NCBI GenBank assembly: GCA_946619755.1
Contig: CAMOMI010000001.1
Coordinates: 33,441-97,440, forward strand
Direction of reading: 5' to 3'
Source of the DNA: an uncultured Clostridia bacterium
GTDB lineage: Bacteria; Bacillota_I; Bacilli_A; RF39; UBA660
DNA: 64,000 bases
Position numbers and translations under genes: made by a program. Under the pieces are notes generated by a model. That model was not told where the DNA came from. It saw only the letters and a program-made list of their open reading frames with translations, and did no database searches. Shown here piece by piece: positions 1-9,499 of the stretch. Within the stretch, counting starts at the first letter, position 1; each line of letters starts with the position of its first letter.

Positions 1-663
1 ATTTTTTTATTACCTAAATCGATAGTTATATCACCAGCATAAATATATGTACCTTCAGCCGTAACTTGATATTTAACATCTTTATTTTCAATATTAATAA
101 CGCCTTCAGTTGTATAAACTATTTCAAAATAATCAGCCGAAATGTTTTTTTCATTTCCTGGTATTTTAGCCTCAAGTTTACCTGCGACTATATATTTATT
201 ATCACTAATTCTTCCAATAAAATTATTTAATTCAATATTACTTCCATTAGTTTCAATAACATAGCCATTGCCACTTTTTTCAACAATTGATTTATTTGTT
301 ATATTATAAAATTTAACAGCATCATTCCCTTTAATAGAGTTAAGGTCAAGAATAGCTCCGTTTTTAAGAAATGATAAAGAGCCATCCATATAATGAAGAA
401 AACTATCTTTAGTAACCTTAGCTTCATTTTTATCAGTATCATCAAAAACTACCATCTGTGATAAATTTTCTTTATAACTAGTATTTTCATCAAAGAAGTA
501 TTTTTCACTTTTAGCACTCAATGGATTCAAAACATACCCATCTTTTACAAAAACAGCATCACTGTCATCAAAAAGATAAAAAGCGCCAACGCCAAGCACT
601 ATAAGTACGAGCACGCTAAGTGCAAGAATAAATAAAAACTTACTATCTAACAATTTTTTCATT
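1..663 (-). CDS. hypothetical membrane-anchored protein (5' part in window, C-terminus beyond window start)
   Basis: Open frame on minus strand running to window edge; ATG at 663..661; N-terminus MKKLLDSKFLFILALSVLVLIVLGV looks like signal/TM anchor; no recognisable catalytic motif. Confidence 0.45.
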
Positions 664-732
664 CGTTTCACCTCTATTTAAGCTACTATGCCATACTATA
701 AAAATTATATCATTTTACATAATATATGTCAA

Positions 733-764
733 CGAAAAAAAGATAGTTCAAACTATCTTTTTAT
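733..764 (-). terminator. rho-independent terminator hairpin (agatagtt-N3-aactatct) with flanking T/A runs, downstream of 784..1848 gene
   Basis: Perfect 9-bp stem aagatagtt/aactatctt with T-run on minus strand immediately after the stop of the upstream minus-strand gene; A-run on other side makes it bidirectional. Confidence 0.5.
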
Positions 765-783
765 TATTAAAAGAATTACCTTT

Positions 784-1848
784 TTATCTACTTTTGCCGT
801 CCTTTTCTTGTTCATCATAATATCTAGCAATCATTTCTCTAACTTCAGGAGCCATTCCTTCTTCATGCTTATGTTTTTCAGTTTTTTCTGAAAGTTCAGC
901 AAATCTAGCATTATTCTCCATTTGTTTGCTTTGATTTTCATCCAAACTAATCCCCAAATCTTTAACTTGTTTCATCGCTTCAACCTGTTTTTTCATAGTT
1001 TGCAATTCAGCTAATTTCCTATTATGTTTTTCTTCGCTCATTTTATGAGATTCTTCCCATTTTTGATTTTGCTGCATATTAAATTCTCTTCGTGCATCCA
1101 TTGCTTCCTTTTGATGTTTTTCTCTCTCAGGTGTTCTTTCTCTATATGCTCTTAATTTATCCATTTTTTCAGCTTTAGCATGAAGAACTGCTAATTCACT
1201 ACTTTGCTCTTTGCTCAAAGTAATACCAGCTGCCTCCAACCCTTCATATGCTTGAATTTTCTTTGCTTCTTCATCAGATAAAGCACCTAAAGACTCCATC
1301 TTATCTTGTTCTATTACAGCTGCGGTTTTGGTTTCTTCCTTTTTAGGCAAATTATAACGTTCTCTATCTTCATCAGTAAGTCCAAATTCTCTATATGTCA
1401 AAAACTCTGCAATACCAATATGAATAATCTTATTATATATTGCAGCCCATTCTTTATCCCCAGTAACACCAACAATCTTAGGTATTTGAAAATCAGGAAT
1501 TTTAATTCTACGACCATCTCCTCTTAGTTGATATATCTCTATAACAACCGTATCTGAATATGGCGTAATATAAAGTTCACCGCTAGGCCTATATTCATAT
1601 CTTTCTTTTAAGGTAAGAGAATGATCACAATAAGTAACACTTTTTGTAGGTTCTACATAGTCTGCCACATTCACTGATAAAACATCGTCATTACCGGTTG
1701 CACCACCCATAAAAATATCAATGTGATTAACGCCAACGTCAGTAAAAAGCACAGCTAAAGTATCATAATCAAATACAACTTTTTCGTCAGGATATGTATT
1801 ATTATGTCGTTCTACTTCCTTTTTAATTTTTTCCATTGCATCATTCAT
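784..1848 (-). CDS. hypothetical protein: N-terminal globular domain plus long Lys/Glu-rich coiled-coil C-terminus
   Basis: 354-aa ORF; C-terminal half is charged heptad-like repeat (KEQSSELAVLHAKAEKMDKLRAYRERTPEREKHQKEAMD...); no family recognised from sequence alone. Confidence 0.5.
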   Translation of the reverse strand: MNDAMEKIKKEVERHNNTYPDEKVVFDYDTLAVLFTDVGVNHIDIFMGGATGNDDVLSVNVADYVEPTKSVTYCDHSLTLKERYEYRPSGELYITPYSDTVVIEIYQLRGDGRRIKIPDFQIPKIVGVTGDKEWAAIYNKIIHIGIAEFLTYREFGLTDEDRERYNLPKKEETKTAAVIEQDKMESLGALSDEEAKKIQAYEGLEAAGITLSKEQSSELAVLHAKAEKMDKLRAYRERTPEREKHQKEAMDARREFNMQQNQKWEESHKMSEEKHNRKLAELQTMKKQVEAMKQVKDLGISLDENQSKQMENNARFAELSEKTEKHKHEEGMAPEVREMIARYYDEQEKDGKSR

Positions 1849-1963
1849 AAAAATTCACCCATCCCAAGTTTTCCTTTTTTCTTGGAAACACCTTTCTATA
1901 ACCAGATGATAGCATACCACCACTACTTTTACAAGTCATTAAATCATATTTTACATATTATTT

Positions 1964-1990
1964 ACAAAAAAGATAGTTATAAAACTATCT
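1964..1990 (-). terminator. rho-independent terminator for rhomboid gene (agatagtt-ataaa-aactatct + T5 on minus strand)
   Basis: 8-bp stem overlapping the stop codon at 1985-1987, followed on the minus strand by TTTTT; same stem sequence as hairpin at 739-760. Confidence 0.45.
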
Positions 1991-3121
1991 AAATATTCCT
2001 AAATAGATTAAGAATGCAAAATATATTATAAATAACAAAATATTACTAAAGCTATATTTCTTATTTTCAATTGTTCCTAACATATTAGCAGTAATTATTC
2101 CACCAATTAAACCACCTACATGACCCCACATATCTATTCCACTCAAAAAGAATCCCATTATTAAATTATACACAACAATTGGCAACACTTCACTCTTAAC
2201 AAGGGCTCCAATATATCCACGATAACTATGTCCAAAGTATAGTAAAGCACCAAACAACCCAAATATTGCTCCACTAGCTCCTACCGCAATTATATCGTGA
2301 TTTATTCCAATAGAAAGTAAGCAACCACTAATTCCACTAAGTAAATAAATAAGCAAATATTTCCATTTACCAAAGAAATCTTCTACCCTAGGTCCAACAA
2401 TAAACAAAGAATACATGTTAAGCACAATATGTATAATCCCAGCATGCAAAAACATTGCACTAATTAACCTAAATACTTCACCATTTCTAACAGCTGGACC
2501 ATAATTAGCACCAAATCTAATCAATGTATTTGTATCATAGCCAAAACCACTTACAACAAACATAATAATACATAAAGCCATCAAAACATAAGTAACAATT
2601 GGTTTTTTTGAAGAAAATATCTTTTCCATTTTTTTATTTTTCCTTTCATTAGTTTGATTAATATCATCAGTTATCTTAAATAAAAGTTCAATTCCATCTT
2701 CATCATGATGAGTTTTTTCAATAATATCAGGAAAAACTTCTAATAATGCCGGGTTTTCTTTAAAATCTTGTAAGTTTCTAACAAACAAAGATAAATTACC
2801 CTTAACATCATCATCAAGTGATTTAACATTTTCTCCAAGATCAACAAAAATACTTAAAACGTTCATTTTAAATGACAATGTTTTAAACCTTAGTTTTTTA
2901 GCTACTTGATTAGATCTAAATCTATTAAAACCAAGTTGTTCATCATTATGAATATATCTAGAAACAATTCTTACTATTTTATAATCACTATCCATATTTT
3001 CAAGCCATATCTCATCATTTATTCCATGCACAATTACTGGATTATAATTTTTTTCAGTTACAAAATAATGTACTAAATTCATCACAATAACTTCTTTATC
3101 ATCAATTTTAACTTCGTTCAT
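1985..3121 (-). CDS. rhomboid family intramembrane serine protease with N-terminal cytoplasmic domain
   Basis: C-terminal 6-TM core with GASGAIFGLFGALL (GxSG catalytic Ser) and downstream HVGGLIGG (catalytic His); N-terminal ~170 aa soluble domain as in GluP/YqgP-type rhomboids. Confidence 0.8.
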   Translation of the reverse strand: MNEVKIDDKEVIVMNLVHYFVTEKNYNPVIVHGINDEIWLENMDSDYKIVRIVSRYIHNDEQLGFNRFRSNQVAKKLRFKTLSFKMNVLSIFVDLGENVKSLDDDVKGNLSLFVRNLQDFKENPALLEVFPDIIEKTHHDEDGIELLFKITDDINQTNERKNKKMEKIFSSKKPIVTYVLMALCIIMFVVSGFGYDTNTLIRFGANYGPAVRNGEVFRLISAMFLHAGIIHIVLNMYSLFIVGPRVEDFFGKWKYLLIYLLSGISGCLLSIGINHDIIAVGASGAIFGLFGALLYFGHSYRGYIGALVKSEVLPIVVYNLIMGFFLSGIDMWGHVGGLIGGIITANMLGTIENKKYSFSNILLFIIYFAFLIYLGIFR

Positions 3122-3136
3122 TTTATCACCTCGTTA

Positions 3137-4042
3137 TTATCTATTTTTATATATTTCTAGTATTTCATAAAATCTTTTAGGAGGATCTACTTTAAAATCC
3201 AAAAATTCTTTAGTAACTGGATGGATAAATCCAATTTCAAAAGCATGTAACATTTGTCCAAATTCCTTATCAACCATTTTTCCACGTCCATACACCGGAT
3301 CATTAACAACTGGATGATTAATATAATTCATATGTACTCTTATCTGATGTGTTCTTCCCGTTTCAAGTACGCATTCTATTAAAGTAGCATCATGATATCT
3401 TTCTAACACCCTAATATGCGTAATAGCTTCTTTCGAATTATCACCCGTAACACACATTTTTTTACGGTCTTTTTCATCTCTTCCGATTGGCGCATCAATT
3501 GTTGCCGTATCTTCTAAAATTACCCCGCTAACTAAACAAATATATTTTCTTACTACGCTTTTTTCAGCAATTTGCTTTGCTAAATCATTATGAACCATAT
3601 CGTTTTTGGCAATCAGTAAAAGCCCTGAAGTGTCTGCATCTATCCTATGAACGATTCCTGGTCTAACACTACCATTTACCTGTGATAATTGATTACAATA
3701 AAACATTAATGCATTAACAAGCGTTCCAGAATAGTTCCCAGGTGCTGGATGAACTACCATTCCAGATGGTTTATTAACAACTAATAAATACTCATCCTCA
3801 TATACAATATCTAAAGGGATATTTTCAGGAATAATATCCGTACTTTCTTCCGTATAATTAATACTTATTATATCATCTAATTTAACAATATAACTACTTT
3901 TTATGGTATTTCCATTAACTAAAATAGAACCGCTATCAATTAATTTCTGAATCTTACTTCTACTATCAGATGTATTATTCATAAGATACTTATCTATTCT
4001 AATACCATCATTTTCTGATACTGTTATCTCCATTTTTACCAT
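3137..4042 (-). CDS. rluD: 23S rRNA pseudouridine synthase RluD (RluA family with N-terminal S4 domain)
   Basis: HRIDADTSGLLLIAKN catalytic Asp motif; S4-like N-terminus; conserved lspA-rluD synteny (overlaps lspA by 35 nt). Confidence 0.85.
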   Translation of the reverse strand: MVKMEITVSENDGIRIDKYLMNNTSDSRSKIQKLIDSGSILVNGNTIKSSYIVKLDDIISINYTEESTDIIPENIPLDIVYEDEYLLVVNKPSGMVVHPAPGNYSGTLVNALMFYCNQLSQVNGSVRPGIVHRIDADTSGLLLIAKNDMVHNDLAKQIAEKSVVRKYICLVSGVILEDTATIDAPIGRDEKDRKKMCVTGDNSKEAITHIRVLERYHDATLIECVLETGRTHQIRVHMNYINHPVVNDPVYGRGKMVDKEFGQMLHAFEIGFIHPVTKEFLDFKVDPPKRFYEILEIYKNR

Positions 4043-4472
4043 TCCTCCAAGTATAAATCATTAGTATAATTACTCCTATTACAATAAAAGAATCCGCTAA
4101 ATTAAATATTGGATAATTATAACTAAAGATTTTTATATCAATAAAATCTATTACATACCCATTAATTACCCGATCTAAAAAATTGCCAATTGCTCCTCCA
4201 AGTATAAAAGCATAAGATATCTTCTCAATATTTTTACTAGGTCTGTTATTATAAACATATAAAATAATCCCTACAATTATCAAAGCTGATATAACTAATA
4301 CAAAGAAAGTACTATCATCAAATATACTAAAAGCAGCTCCAGTATTCCTAACATACGTTAAATTTAAAAATTCTTTTATTAATCTAATACTTTCATTTAA
4401 TTCAATATATTTTGATACCACAATTTTACTAAGTAAATCTATTAAAACAATTATAAATGTCAGTATTATCAT
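4008..4472 (-). CDS. lspA: lipoprotein signal peptidase II
   Basis: 4-TM 154-aa protein with NTGAAFS, GGAIGNFLDR, FNLADS signature boxes of LspA. Confidence 0.85.
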   Translation of the reverse strand: MIILTFIIVLIDLLSKIVVSKYIELNESIRLIKEFLNLTYVRNTGAAFSIFDDSTFFVLVISALIIVGIILYVYNNRPSKNIEKISYAFILGGAIGNFLDRVINGYVIDFIDIKIFSYNYPIFNLADSFIVIGVIILMIYTWRNGKNGDNSIRK

Positions 4473-4494
4473 TTTTTGTACCCCTCTCTAACTA

Positions 4495-4974
4495 TTATTC
4501 ACATCCACTAGGTAAATTAGTAATATAACCAGTCGTATTCAAACAACCAAAATCAGCCTTATTAACCTTATAATAATACACATAATCACTATCGCGATAT
4601 ATCGTAACATTAACATTTGTATTGCAATTATAATTAGCTTCATCCTTATTTGCCGGATTATGCATATCTTCAACTCGAAGCGGTGTATAAGTAGAATTAA
4701 TCACATCATTAAAACTAATACTCGTTTTATAAACAGATACACTACCATGTTTTTTATTTATTGTACATGCAAATTGTGAATAATTGGATTTACTTCCATC
4801 ACTTGATATATAAATATCTAAAGCATCCTCAATCGTTTTAATAAAAACATCTTCTGTTTTCTTTCTAGCATTTTTAAATCCACCACTTACCGAAATAACC
4901 GTAATTCCTACCACTATTCCAAGTATTAAAATAGTCGCTAGTAACTCAGCCAATGTAAATCCTTTTTTATTCAT
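4495..4974 (-). CDS. prepilin-type N-terminal cleavage/methylation domain protein (type IV pilin / competence pseudopilin-like)
   Basis: Class III signal peptide MNKKG|FTLAELLATILILGIVVGI (G-1, F+1, E+5); 22-nt gap to lspA with no terminator, so likely co-transcribed with lspA-rluD. Confidence 0.7.
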   Translation of the reverse strand: MNKKGFTLAELLATILILGIVVGITVISVSGGFKNARKKTEDVFIKTIEDALDIYISSDGSKSNYSQFACTINKKHGSVSVYKTSISFNDVINSTYTPLRVEDMHNPANKDEANYNCNTNVNVTIYRDSDYVYYYKVNKADFGCLNTTGYITNLPSGCE

Positions 4975-5099
4975 AATTATCCCTCCATATGTAAAAACAT
5001 ACTAAAAAAATTATAACATTTATTAATTTCATTTTCAAGTAAATACAACCACTAGACAAATAATATATTTTAAGTTAAAATTATTTTGGTGAAGCAATT

Positions 5100-5960
5100 A
5101 TGAATATTAGTAATGAATGGCAAGATTATGAATGTCTTGCTACTGGTAATAAAGAAAAATTAGAACGTTTTGGTACAATTATTTTAAACAGACCAGATCC
5201 AACAATTGTCTGGGATAAAACTAGTAATCCTATCTGGAAAAATTGGGATGGCTATTATCATAGATCAAACTTAGGTGGTGGTGAATGGGAGTTTAAAAAG
5301 AAACTACCTGATTTTTGGACTATCAAGTATAAAGATTTAACCTTTAAAGTTAGCCCAACTAATTTCAAACATACTGGCATTTTTCCAGAACAAGCTACGA
5401 ACTGGGATTATATTATGAATAAAATTAAAGAATCTAACAATAAAGAGTTTAGAGTCTTAAACTTATTTGCCTATACTGGTTGCGCTACCATGGCCGCTTC
5501 TTCCGCAGGTGCTAAAGAAGTTGTTCATGTTGATGCCTCAAAAGGAATGATAGATTGGGCCAAAGAAAATATGAGATTATCAAACCTAGAAAATAATACT
5601 ATTAGATTCATTTGTGAAGATGTAATCAAATTCTTAGACCGTGAAATAAGAAGAGGCCGAACTTATCATGCAATTATTATGGATCCACCTAGTTATGGTC
5701 GAGGTCCAAATAAAGAAGTATGGCGTCTTGAAGATAATCTTCAAGAATTATTAAATAAAACTAAAGTTCTTTTAGATGAAGATTATTCATTCTTATTAAT
5801 TAATTCATACACTACAGGCTTATCTCCAACATCTTTAAATAATATTCTTTCATTAACATTCAAAGATAGTAAAATTGAAACTGGTGAAATTGGCTTACCC
5901 GTAACCGAAAACAACCTCATCTTACCTTGCGGTATATATGGAAAAGTTACCAAAGATTAA
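5100..5960 (+). CDS. class I SAM-dependent RNA methyltransferase (COG1092, RlmI/RlmK-like catalytic domain)
   Basis: VLNLFAYTGCATMAAS (SAM-binding, cf. RlmI NxFSYTG) and IIMDPPSYGRG (DPP[FY] motif); overlaps downstream RluA-family gene by 23 nt. Confidence 0.6.
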   Translation: MNISNEWQDYECLATGNKEKLERFGTIILNRPDPTIVWDKTSNPIWKNWDGYYHRSNLGGGEWEFKKKLPDFWTIKYKDLTFKVSPTNFKHTGIFPEQATNWDYIMNKIKESNNKEFRVLNLFAYTGCATMAASSAGAKEVVHVDASKGMIDWAKENMRLSNLENNTIRFICEDVIKFLDREIRRGRTYHAIIMDPPSYGRGPNKEVWRLEDNLQELLNKTKVLLDEDYSFLLINSYTTGLSPTSLNNILSLTFKDSKIETGEIGLPVTENNLILPCGIYGKVTKD

Positions 5961-6609
5961 TATTATCTATGAAGATAATCATCTAATTGTCATCAAAAAA
6001 CCAGCCAATATCGCATCTTGCCCAGATTCATCAAATGATCTAGATTTGTTTACTATCTTAAAAGATTATTTAAAAAAGAAATATCATAAACCAGGCAATG
6101 TTTACTTAGGTCTTGTTCATAGACTAGATAGACCTACTGAAGGCATTATGGTCTATGCAAAAACAAGTAAAGCAGCCGAAAGAATATCAAAACAAATAGC
6201 TAATAACGATTTTAAAAAAACATATTATGCTGTTGTAGAAGGTATCACCAAAAAAGAAGATACCTTAACCGACTATCTATACAAAAATGAAAAGACTAAT
6301 ACTTCATATATAAATAAAGAAAAAGGAAAGCTATCTATCCTAACATATACTACCATCAGTACAAAAGATAATTTATCATTAGTTAAAATAAATCTTAAAA
6401 CCGGCCGCCATCATCAAATAAGAGTTCAATTTTCATCTAGAAATTATCCATTGTATGGCGATCATAAATATAATAAAAAATATCTTAATGATAATAAAAC
6501 AGAACTTGCTCTAATTGCCAAAGAATTATCATTCTATCATCCAACAACTAAAGAATTATTACACTTTGAAATACCTTTACCAAAAAAGTATCCTTATACT
6601 TTATTCTAA
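5938..6609 (+). CDS. RluA family pseudouridine synthase
   Basis: GLVHRLDRPTEGIMVYAKT catalytic motif (HRLD), ~220 aa without S4 domain. Confidence 0.8.
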   Translation: MEKLPKINIIYEDNHLIVIKKPANIASCPDSSNDLDLFTILKDYLKKKYHKPGNVYLGLVHRLDRPTEGIMVYAKTSKAAERISKQIANNDFKKTYYAVVEGITKKEDTLTDYLYKNEKTNTSYINKEKGKLSILTYTTISTKDNLSLVKINLKTGRHHQIRVQFSSRNYPLYGDHKYNKKYLNDNKTELALIAKELSFYHPTTKELLHFEIPLPKKYPYTLF

Positions 6610-6621
6610 GGATACTTTTTA

Positions 6622-7848
6622 TTATCTATACCAAAGCGGATATTTACTTGTAAGACATATAACCTCGTTAGTTAATTCTTGCAGTATTTCATCATTATCT
6701 CTATTTTTAAATGCCTTATCAATTATTCTAGCTACCTGTCTAAACTCTTTCTCGCCAAAGCCACGTGTTGTCATTGCTGGTGAACCAATTCTAATTCCAC
6801 TGGCTACCATTGCCTTCTCAGTTTCATTAGGTATTGTATTTTTATTTACCGTAATATGAATCTTATCTAATAATTTTTCAGCATCTCTTCCTGTTATATT
6901 AGCACTTGCCTTTACATCTAATAAAATTAAATGATTATCAGTTCCACCACTAACAACTCTATAACCCATTTTAATAAATTCATCACACATAGCCTTAATA
7001 TTTTTTATAACCTGTTTTTGATATTCCTTGAATTCTGGTTGTAATGCCTCATAAAAGCATTCTGCTTTTGCCCCAATTACATGCATAAGTGGGCCACCTT
7101 GAATACCAGGAAATACAATTTTATCTATCTTTTTGGCAATTTCTTCACTATTAGTAAGAATTATTCCACCTCTAGGACCGCGAAGTGTCTTATGCGTTGT
7201 CGATGTTACAACGTCAGCATAAGGAATTGGTGATGGATGTAATCCTGCTGCTACAAGTCCAGCAATATGTGCCATATCGACAAATAAATAAGCTCCTACC
7301 AAATCGCAAATCTCTCTAAATTTCTTAAAATCAATTGTTCTTGAATAAGCAGATGCTCCTGCAATTATCATTTTTGGCTTTTCTCTTAAAGCAAGCTCTT
7401 TTAGCTTATCATAATTGATTGTCTCAGTTTCACTATCAACATCATAACTTATTATTTCATAGTCAACACCACTAAAATTAAGTTTATAACCATGCGTTAA
7501 ATGTCCCCCATGGTTAAGATTCATTCCCATTACTTTGTCACCATGATTAAGTAATGCTCGGTAAACTGCCATATTAGCGCTAGAACCACTATGTGGCTGT
7601 ACATTGGCATATTTACAGCCAAACAATTCTTTCAAATATTGAATAGCCCTAGTCTCAAACATATCAATATTTTCACATCCACCATAATATCTTTTTCCGG
7701 AATAACCTTCTGCATACTTATTTGTAAGAATACTTCCCTGTATTTTTAAAACATCATTTGATACATAATTCTCTGATGCAATTAACTCTATATTTTCTTC
7801 TTGTCTTTTTCTTTCTAATTTTAATGCTTTTCTTAAATATTTATCCAT
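6622..7848 (-). CDS. glyA: serine hydroxymethyltransferase
   Basis: [30 protein letters not shown]..., PLP-Lys region [12 protein letters not shown]; start reassigned to ATG at 7848 preceded by GGTGAGG RBS (ORF-track start 7911 is an upstream in-frame Met). Confidence 0.9.
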   Translation of the reverse strand: MDKYLRKALKLERKRQEENIELIASENYVSNDVLKIQGSILTNKYAEGYSGKRYYGGCENIDMFETRAIQYLKELFGCKYANVQPHSGSSANMAVYRALLNHGDKVMGMNLNHGGHLTHGYKLNFSGVDYEIISYDVDSETETINYDKLKELALREKPKMIIAGASAYSRTIDFKKFREICDLVGAYLFVDMAHIAGLVAAGLHPSPIPYADVVTSTTHKTLRGPRGGIILTNSEEIAKKIDKIVFPGIQGGPLMHVIGAKAECFYEALQPEFKEYQKQVIKNIKAMCDEFIKMGYRVVSGGTDNHLILLDVKASANITGRDAEKLLDKIHITVNKNTIPNETEKAMVASGIRIGSPAMTTRGFGEKEFRQVARIIDKAFKNRDNDEILQELTNEVICLTSKYPLWYR

Positions 7849-7907
7849 TATATACCTCACCATCTTCAAATATATTATAACAATTTTTTTATAGATAAAG
7901 CAAGAAT

Positions 7908-8183
7908 TCACTTAACATTTAATTTTATAATTGTACATCCTGAATTAAAATTATCCATTTTATATTCTAAAACATTTTTATTATGTTTTAATGCCTCATG
8001 AACTTCATTTTTGACTATACCACTACCAATCCCATGAATAATAACGATTGTATCATTACCTAAAATAACATTTTCCATAACAAAATCGTTGGTCATCATC
8101 CGTGCACTATCTCTATCATATCCGTGTAAATCAATTCTAGGATATCTTTCTAAAAAAATATCGTATACTTCATTTTTTTCCAT
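7908..8183 (-). CDS. Smr (small MutS-related) domain protein
   Basis: [11 protein letters not shown] ... [12 protein letters not shown] ... NSGCTII: Smr-domain signature boxes; 91 aa. Confidence 0.7.
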   Translation of the reverse strand: MEKNEVYDIFLERYPRIDLHGYDRDSARMMTNDFVMENVILGNDTIVIIHGIGSGIVKNEVHEALKHNKNVLEYKMDNFNSGCTIIKLNVK

Positions 8184-8193
8184 CTCATCACCC

Positions 8194-9414
8194 CTATAAC
8201 GGTAGTTCTATTATACAGTCAGTTCCTTTATTTTTAATACTCTCATATGTCATTTTGCCATTATGAGCCATAATTATTTCATTAGATAATGCTACTCCTA
8301 ACCCAGTACCATTTTTCTTAGTTGTAAAAAACATTTCCTTAATATTAGATAACTCTTCACTATTCATACCTATACCATTATCACTTATTTTAACAAATGC
8401 TTTATTAGCTTCTTGGAACAATTCTATATTTATTATACCATTTTGTTCTATTGATTCAACACTATTTTTTATTACATTAACAAATACTTGTTTAAGTCTA
8501 TCATAATCAGCCTGTAAATATACTTCTTCACAATCGCTTTTATATTTAAAGCAAATATTATTATCCCTCATAAGTATTTCAAAAGATTCATATATCTCAT
8601 CTAAAAGCATCACCAAATCTATTTCTTCTTTATTAACCTTAATCTTGCTATATTCCATAAAATCAGCAATAACATTTAAACTTCTATCAATTTCTGACTT
8701 AATAATATCAATGTATTTTCTACTCTTTAGCTTATCATCTAAATTAATCATATCTAGATATCCTTTACATACTGCAATTGGATTTTTTATTTCATGTGTA
8801 AGTTTAAATAAAGAGTCCTTAAGTTTACTATCATTACTAAACTTATTTATGGTCTTATATAAAGAACTAACATCACTAGCCAACTTAAATAAATATAAAC
8901 AAAAGAAAGTTATTCCATATATTATAAAAATATAAATAATTAACCCTAATAGTTTATGAATATCATCATAAGTATTCATAAAATACTCAAATGATATAAA
9001 GAAAGCTTGGACTATAGCACTAACTTTTAAAAATAAATAATTAAAATCTTTTCGTTGACAAAGTAATAAAAAAGTAATTAAATAGCCAACATACTTAATA
9101 CTCACGACATATACATTAATATCGTACATAATATAACTATAAATAAGTATAATTAATGAAACTATTACCCCTAATAACCATTCTCTTTTAAAATAACATA
9201 TAAGTATTGGAATATTACAAAGTAATAGCAATCTTCCACAAACAAAATTATACTTTAAACTTAAATATATTGATGTAATTATCGTTATTACAAAAAAAAC
9301 TTTTTCAATATTTCGATCATTTAAAGAATTATAACAACTAAATACCAAATACATTAGCACTGGAAATACTACTAAAATAATACTTAATAATACATCTTCC
9401 ATTATAATCACCAA
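8194..9414 (-). CDS. sensor histidine kinase, multi-TM intramembrane-sensing type; no response regulator in the window
   Basis: About 6 N-terminal TM helices then directly H-box FKLTHEIKNPIAVCKGYLDMI, N/G boxes ISDNGIGM and GTGLGVALS; no extracytoplasmic domain, HAMP or PAS. Confidence 0.8.
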   Translation of the reverse strand: MVIIMEDVLLSIILVVFPVLMYLVFSCYNSLNDRNIEKVFFVITIITSIYLSLKYNFVCGRLLLLCNIPILICYFKREWLLGVIVSLIILIYSYIMYDINVYVVSIKYVGYLITFLLLCQRKDFNYLFLKVSAIVQAFFISFEYFMNTYDDIHKLLGLIIYIFIIYGITFFCLYLFKLASDVSSLYKTINKFSNDSKLKDSLFKLTHEIKNPIAVCKGYLDMINLDDKLKSRKYIDIIKSEIDRSLNVIADFMEYSKIKVNKEEIDLVMLLDEIYESFEILMRDNNICFKYKSDCEEVYLQADYDRLKQVFVNVIKNSVESIEQNGIINIELFQEANKAFVKISDNGIGMNSEELSNIKEMFFTTKKNGTGLGVALSNEIIMAHNGKMTYESIKNKGTDCIIELPL

Positions 9415-9434
9415 ATAAATTATAGAATATCTTA

Positions 9435-9484
9435 TATGTCATATTTTGTCGAATTATGTCAAATTATTTAATTTTATGTCAAAA
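9435..9484. promoter_or_regulatory. five tandem 10-bp phased units T(A/T)TGTC(A/G)NNN upstream of the histidine-kinase gene
   Basis: tatgtcatat / tttgtcgaat / tatgtcaaat / tatttaattt / tatgtcaaaa in strict 10-bp register, 20-70 bp upstream of the HK start. Confidence 0.3.
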
Positions 9485-9499
9485 AAAATAAGCTTACGC

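Noticed and set aside
6515-6859. 114-aa ORF antisense to glyA, and similar antisense ORFs at 688-891, 1306-1527, 1804-1992, 8645-8935, 11802-12038, 13091-13448, 18302-18523, 20053-20256, 22815-23102, 28121-28321, 30392-30703, 32192-32377, 34583-34870, 36979-37200, 41964-42155, 42862-43044, 47684-47893, 48263-48451, 51180-51368, 52109-52351, 54466-54672, 57500-57733, 59683-59880, 60647-60835, 61457-61723, 62042-62236
   Set aside because: All are embedded antisense or out-of-frame within strongly supported genes, lack RBS, and give low-complexity Ile/Phe/Leu-rich translations typical of AT-rich antisense frames.
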